A stretch of DNA of 34,546 nt, taken from positions 1-34,546 of IMG/VR virus record IMGVR_UViG_3300033067_001409, one strand, 5' to 3'. Within the stretch, counting starts at the first letter, position 1. Every line of letters begins with the position of its first letter. The notes beneath the pieces were generated by a model. The model made no database searches. It was not told the DNA's origin and saw only the letters and a list, made by a program, of their open reading frames with translations. The position numbers and the translations under genes are program-made. Shown piece after piece: positions 31,871 to 34,546 of this stretch. The DNA is from a virus. Its lineage: Duplodnaviria > Caudoviricetes.

Positions 31871-34546
31871 GAATCAAACACTTTTTAATGTTTGCCATGC
31901 TATTCGTAAGCGTGGCTGTTTTTGGTCAGAAAAAGACCATCCTGACTGATGTGATCAAGACCACAACCGAGTTATGGTTGCAGGGCAAGAAACTCACATC
32001 CATTACAACCGACACCGCGCTTGTCGGGGCTACCAACAACATGATTCCTTCAGCGCTGGCTGTCAAAACCTATGTGATGAATCACAGCGGTGGCGGTGGT
32101 GGTGGCGGTGGTGGCGATGACTGGGGAGCGCAGGTGGTTGCAAGAGATGCTACGCTTACGGGCACTGGCGTTACTGGATCAGAGCTTGGGGTGGCCAGTA
32201 ATGCGATAGACAGTTCCCGGTTAGCTACTAGTTCGGTGCAGTCAACAGATATTCGCGATGGCCAGGTGTGGGCCGCTGATTTAGCAACTAACTCAGTGAC
32301 TACGGTTAAAATAGCTGACCTGAACGTCACACTCGCAAAGCTGGCCGCTAGCGCGGTGGATAGTACAAAGCTCGCGGCCAACTCTGTTCAGTCTACGGAT
32401 ATTGCAAACGGACAGGTTTGGTTGGCTGATTTATCTAGCAATTCGGTGGATAGTATGAAGCTTGTAACCAATGCAGTACAATCAACAGATATTCGCGATG
32501 GCCAGGTGTGGGCCGCTGATTTAGCAACCAACTCAGTGACCACGGTTAAAATAGCTGACCTGAACGTCACACTCGCAAAGCTGGCCGCCAGCGCTGTTGA
32601 TAGTACCAAGCTCGCGGCCAACTCCGTACAATCAACTGACATTGCAGATGGCCAGGTATGGAGATCGGACCTGGCCAATGGTATTGTGGACAGTACTAAG
32701 CTTGCATTAAATGCCGTCCAATCGACCGATATTGCAAACGGACAAGTTTGGCTTGCTGACCTATCGAGTAATTCTGTGGACAGCACGAAGTTGATTACCG
32801 GATCGGTCCAATCGACAGATATTGCGAATGGCCAGGTGTGGGCGACTGATTTGGCATCGGGAGCAGTTACCATGGTTAAAATTGCGCAGGCTGGCGCTGT
32901 GCTTAATGATGTAATAAAATGGAATGGCTCTGCTTGGGCTCCATCCCCGGATGTTGGTGGTGGATCTGGAGACAACTGGGGGTCACAAGTAGTTCAAAAG
33001 GCAGCTCGGCTATCTGGAGACGGTACCGTTGGAGTCCCTTTAGATATTGCAACCGATGCGATTGATAGTACCAGGCTGGCAACAAATGCGGTACAGTCCA
33101 CCGATATAGCGAACGGGCAGGTGTGGGCAGCTGATTTGTCGTCAAATGCGGTGACTACCGTGAAAATTCTGGACGCAAACGTGACCTTAGCAAAGCTTGC
33201 TTCTGGCTCTGTTGATAGTACAAAACTTGTAGCCGGGGCTGTCCAGAGCACTGATATTGCTGATGGCCAAGTTTGGCGGGCTGATTTGTCAAGCAATTCA
33301 GTTGATAGTACAAAGCTTATCACTGGTTCAGTACAATCGACCGACATAGCGAACGGGCAGGTGTGGCTAGCTGACCTTTCAAATAATTCTGTTGATAGTA
33401 CAAAGCTTATCACTGGTTCAGTACAATCGACCGACATAGCGAACGGGCAGGTATGGCTAGCTGACCTATCAAATAATTCTGTTGATAGTACAAAGCTATC
33501 AACATCCTCTGTACAGTCCACCGATATAGCGAACGGGCAAGTGTGGGCAGCTGATTTGTCGTCAAATGCGGTGACTACTGTGAAAATTCTGGATGCAAAC
33601 GTGACCTTAGCAAAGCTTGCTTCTGGATCTGTTGATAGTACAAAACTTGTGGCCGGGGCCGTCCAGAGCACGGACATTGCAGATGGCCAAGTTTGGGGAG
33701 CAGACATAGCGAACAATGCAATAAATTCCGCTAAAATCGCTGACAATTCTGTTAATGGCACCGATATAGCCCTAGGCTCAGATGCCCAGGGCGATGTGAT
33801 GTACTACGATGGGACCAATTGGGGTAGGTTGGCTGCTGGAACCAGCGGTCAGTTTTTAAAAACAAATGGTGCATCATCAAATCCTGGGTGGGCATCGGAA
33901 CAAGATGGATCTTCTAGCAATGAATTGCAGGATCTCAGTGTCAATACCTTGACTGACTCGACGATTGATGTTCGGATAAGCACCCAAAATACAGCGGCAA
34001 TTTTCAAAGAAGGGTCTGGAATCGTAATGGTGCGAGAATCTCCAAATATCATACGAATTTCTGCGTCTGGTGGGGGTGGTGGCGGAAGCCTTAGTGGCCT
34101 TACTGCCGCAACTGCGACTAACACTATTGACAATCTGAATTTTGATCAAGTATGGAACTGGTCAACAAAGGCGACAGGAAACGCATTATCCTTTAATGGA
34201 AATGCATTGACTACAGGCTCCTTATTGGAGCTTAAAACTAACAATAACGCAATCAAATCACCGATTGGTCTTTTAAATGTAGAAAATACAGGCACTAGTA
34301 ATGCCGGGTATTTGGCTCGGTTTAAAAGTAATAGTACCGCAGGGAATGGATTGTTTGTTCGTACTATTGGGTATGTAGGGGTAGGCACCGACAATCCAAA
34401 AGCACCCTTAACTGTTTCAACGGGTGATAGTACTTTAGCTCCGCTTAGTAATGCTGTTATTTTTGCAACCGGAGTATCTAGCACGCCAGCGGTTGTCCAG
34501 GTGGATGCCTTTTCGACTGGGTTAGCCGGTGCCGGGTTTTATGGCA
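31867..34546 (+). CDS. Large repeat-rich fibre-like protein with signal peptide (partial, >890 aa; absent from the ORF track)
   Basis: ATGA-coupled ATG at 31867; no stop codon found up to the window end. MRIKHFLMFAMLFVSVAVFG|Q; 10-aa repeats (VDSTKLAANS/VQSTDIANGQ/VWLADLSSNS); GDVMYYDGTNW; GYVGVGTDNP. Confidence 0.88.
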   Translation, partial: MRIKHFLMFAMLFVSVAVFGQKKTILTDVIKTTTELWLQGKKLTSITTDTALVGATNNMIPSALAVKTYVMNHSGGGGGGGGGDDWGAQVVARDATLTGTGVTGSELGVASNAIDSSRLATSSVQSTDIRDGQVWAADLATNSVTTVKIADLNVTLAKLAASAVDSTKLAANSVQSTDIANGQVWLADLSSNSVDSMKLVTNAVQSTDIRDGQVWAADLATNSVTTVKIADLNVTLAKLAASAVDSTKLAANSVQSTDIADGQVWRSDLANGIVDSTKLALNAVQSTDIANGQVWLADLSSNSVDSTKLITGSVQSTDIANGQVWATDLASGAVTMVKIAQAGAVLNDVIKWNGSAWAPSPDVGGGSGDNWGSQVVQKAARLSGDGTVGVPLDIATDAIDSTRLATNAVQSTDIANGQVWAADLSSNAVTTVKILDANVTLAKLASGSVDSTKLVAGAVQSTDIADGQVWRADLSSNSVDSTKLITGSVQSTDIANGQVWLADLSNNSVDSTKLITGSVQSTDIANGQVWLADLSNNSVDSTKLSTSSVQSTDIANGQVWAADLSSNAVTTVKILDANVTLAKLASGSVDSTKLVAGAVQSTDIADGQVWGADIANNAINSAKIADNSVNGTDIALGSDAQGDVMYYDGTNWGRLAAGTSGQFLKTNGASSNPGWASEQDGSSSNELQDLSVNTLTDSTIDVRISTQNTAAIFKEGSGIVMVRESPNIIRISASGGGGGGSLSGLTAATATNTIDNLNFDQVWNWSTKATGNALSFNGNALTTGSLLELKTNNNAIKSPIGLLNVENTGTSNAGYLARFKSNSTAGNGLFVRTIGYVGVGTDNPKAPLTVSTGDSTLAPLSNAVIFATGVSSTPAVVQVDAFSTGLAGAGFYG
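32200..33770 (+). repeat. Nested coding repeats on a 30-bp base unit
   Basis: Near-identical blocks at ~32242 and ~32482 (240-bp offset) and at 33091 and 33511 (420-bp offset); tandem 90-bp units 33301-33390 and 33391-33480. Confidence 0.9.

Larger units (their letters stand above)
34..34546. mobile_element. Mu-like transposable prophage with contractile tail; left end inferred, right end outside the window
   Basis: Repressor/Ner-like switch, DDE transposase and AAA ATPase, no integrase, full head, tail and baseplate modules. A TG at 34 precedes a cluster of repeats, as expected for a Mu-type end (exact end is inference). Confidence 0.93.

Noticed and set aside
32082-34484. Several minus-strand repeat ORFs in the track; a CRISPR array
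   Set aside because: They are antisense to the long open + frame starting at 31867. The repeats are codon-phased with synonymous variation and have no unique spacers.
30280-34546. Gin-type invertible segment, DGR or mom gene
   Set aside because: No invertase, reverse transcriptase, adenine-specific repeat pair or modification gene in the window; they could lie beyond the right edge.

Overview
Almost the whole window is a Mu-like transposable prophage with a contractile tail. The host is probably Bacteroidota, inferred from TAnnTTTG promoter boxes, A-rich translation starts without Shine-Dalgarno sequences, and Gln at +1 of signal peptides. Layout from left to right: a candidate left end with inverted repeats (~34-362); a repressor / Ner-like switch with two palindromic operators; an early operon (DDE transposase, MuB-like ATPase, Gam-like, GemA-like, a second ATPase, many small coupled ORFs); a two-gene moron; a leftward head operon (TerS, TerL, gp36, portal, MuF, G-like, gp37-like, amidase); and a rightward protease-capsid-tail-baseplate-fibre operon that runs off the right edge. 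The most notable observations: (1) an apparent -1 programmed frameshift (A AAA AAA, 5-nt spacer, strong hairpin) that would fuse the portal to a MuF protein with a C-terminal nuclease-like domain; (2) three truncated tRNA-like elements in the early operon that keep the acceptor stem and T-arm, all end N-CAA, and each have a different degenerate D/anticodon half; (3) an antisense promoter, hairpin RNA and small ORF facing the MuF 3' end; (4) a >890-aa repeat fibre protein with a Sec signal peptide, missing from the ORF track; (5) the tail-chaperone frameshift, on an internally duplicated chaperone. All family assignments come from motif recognition and gene order; no database searches were run.
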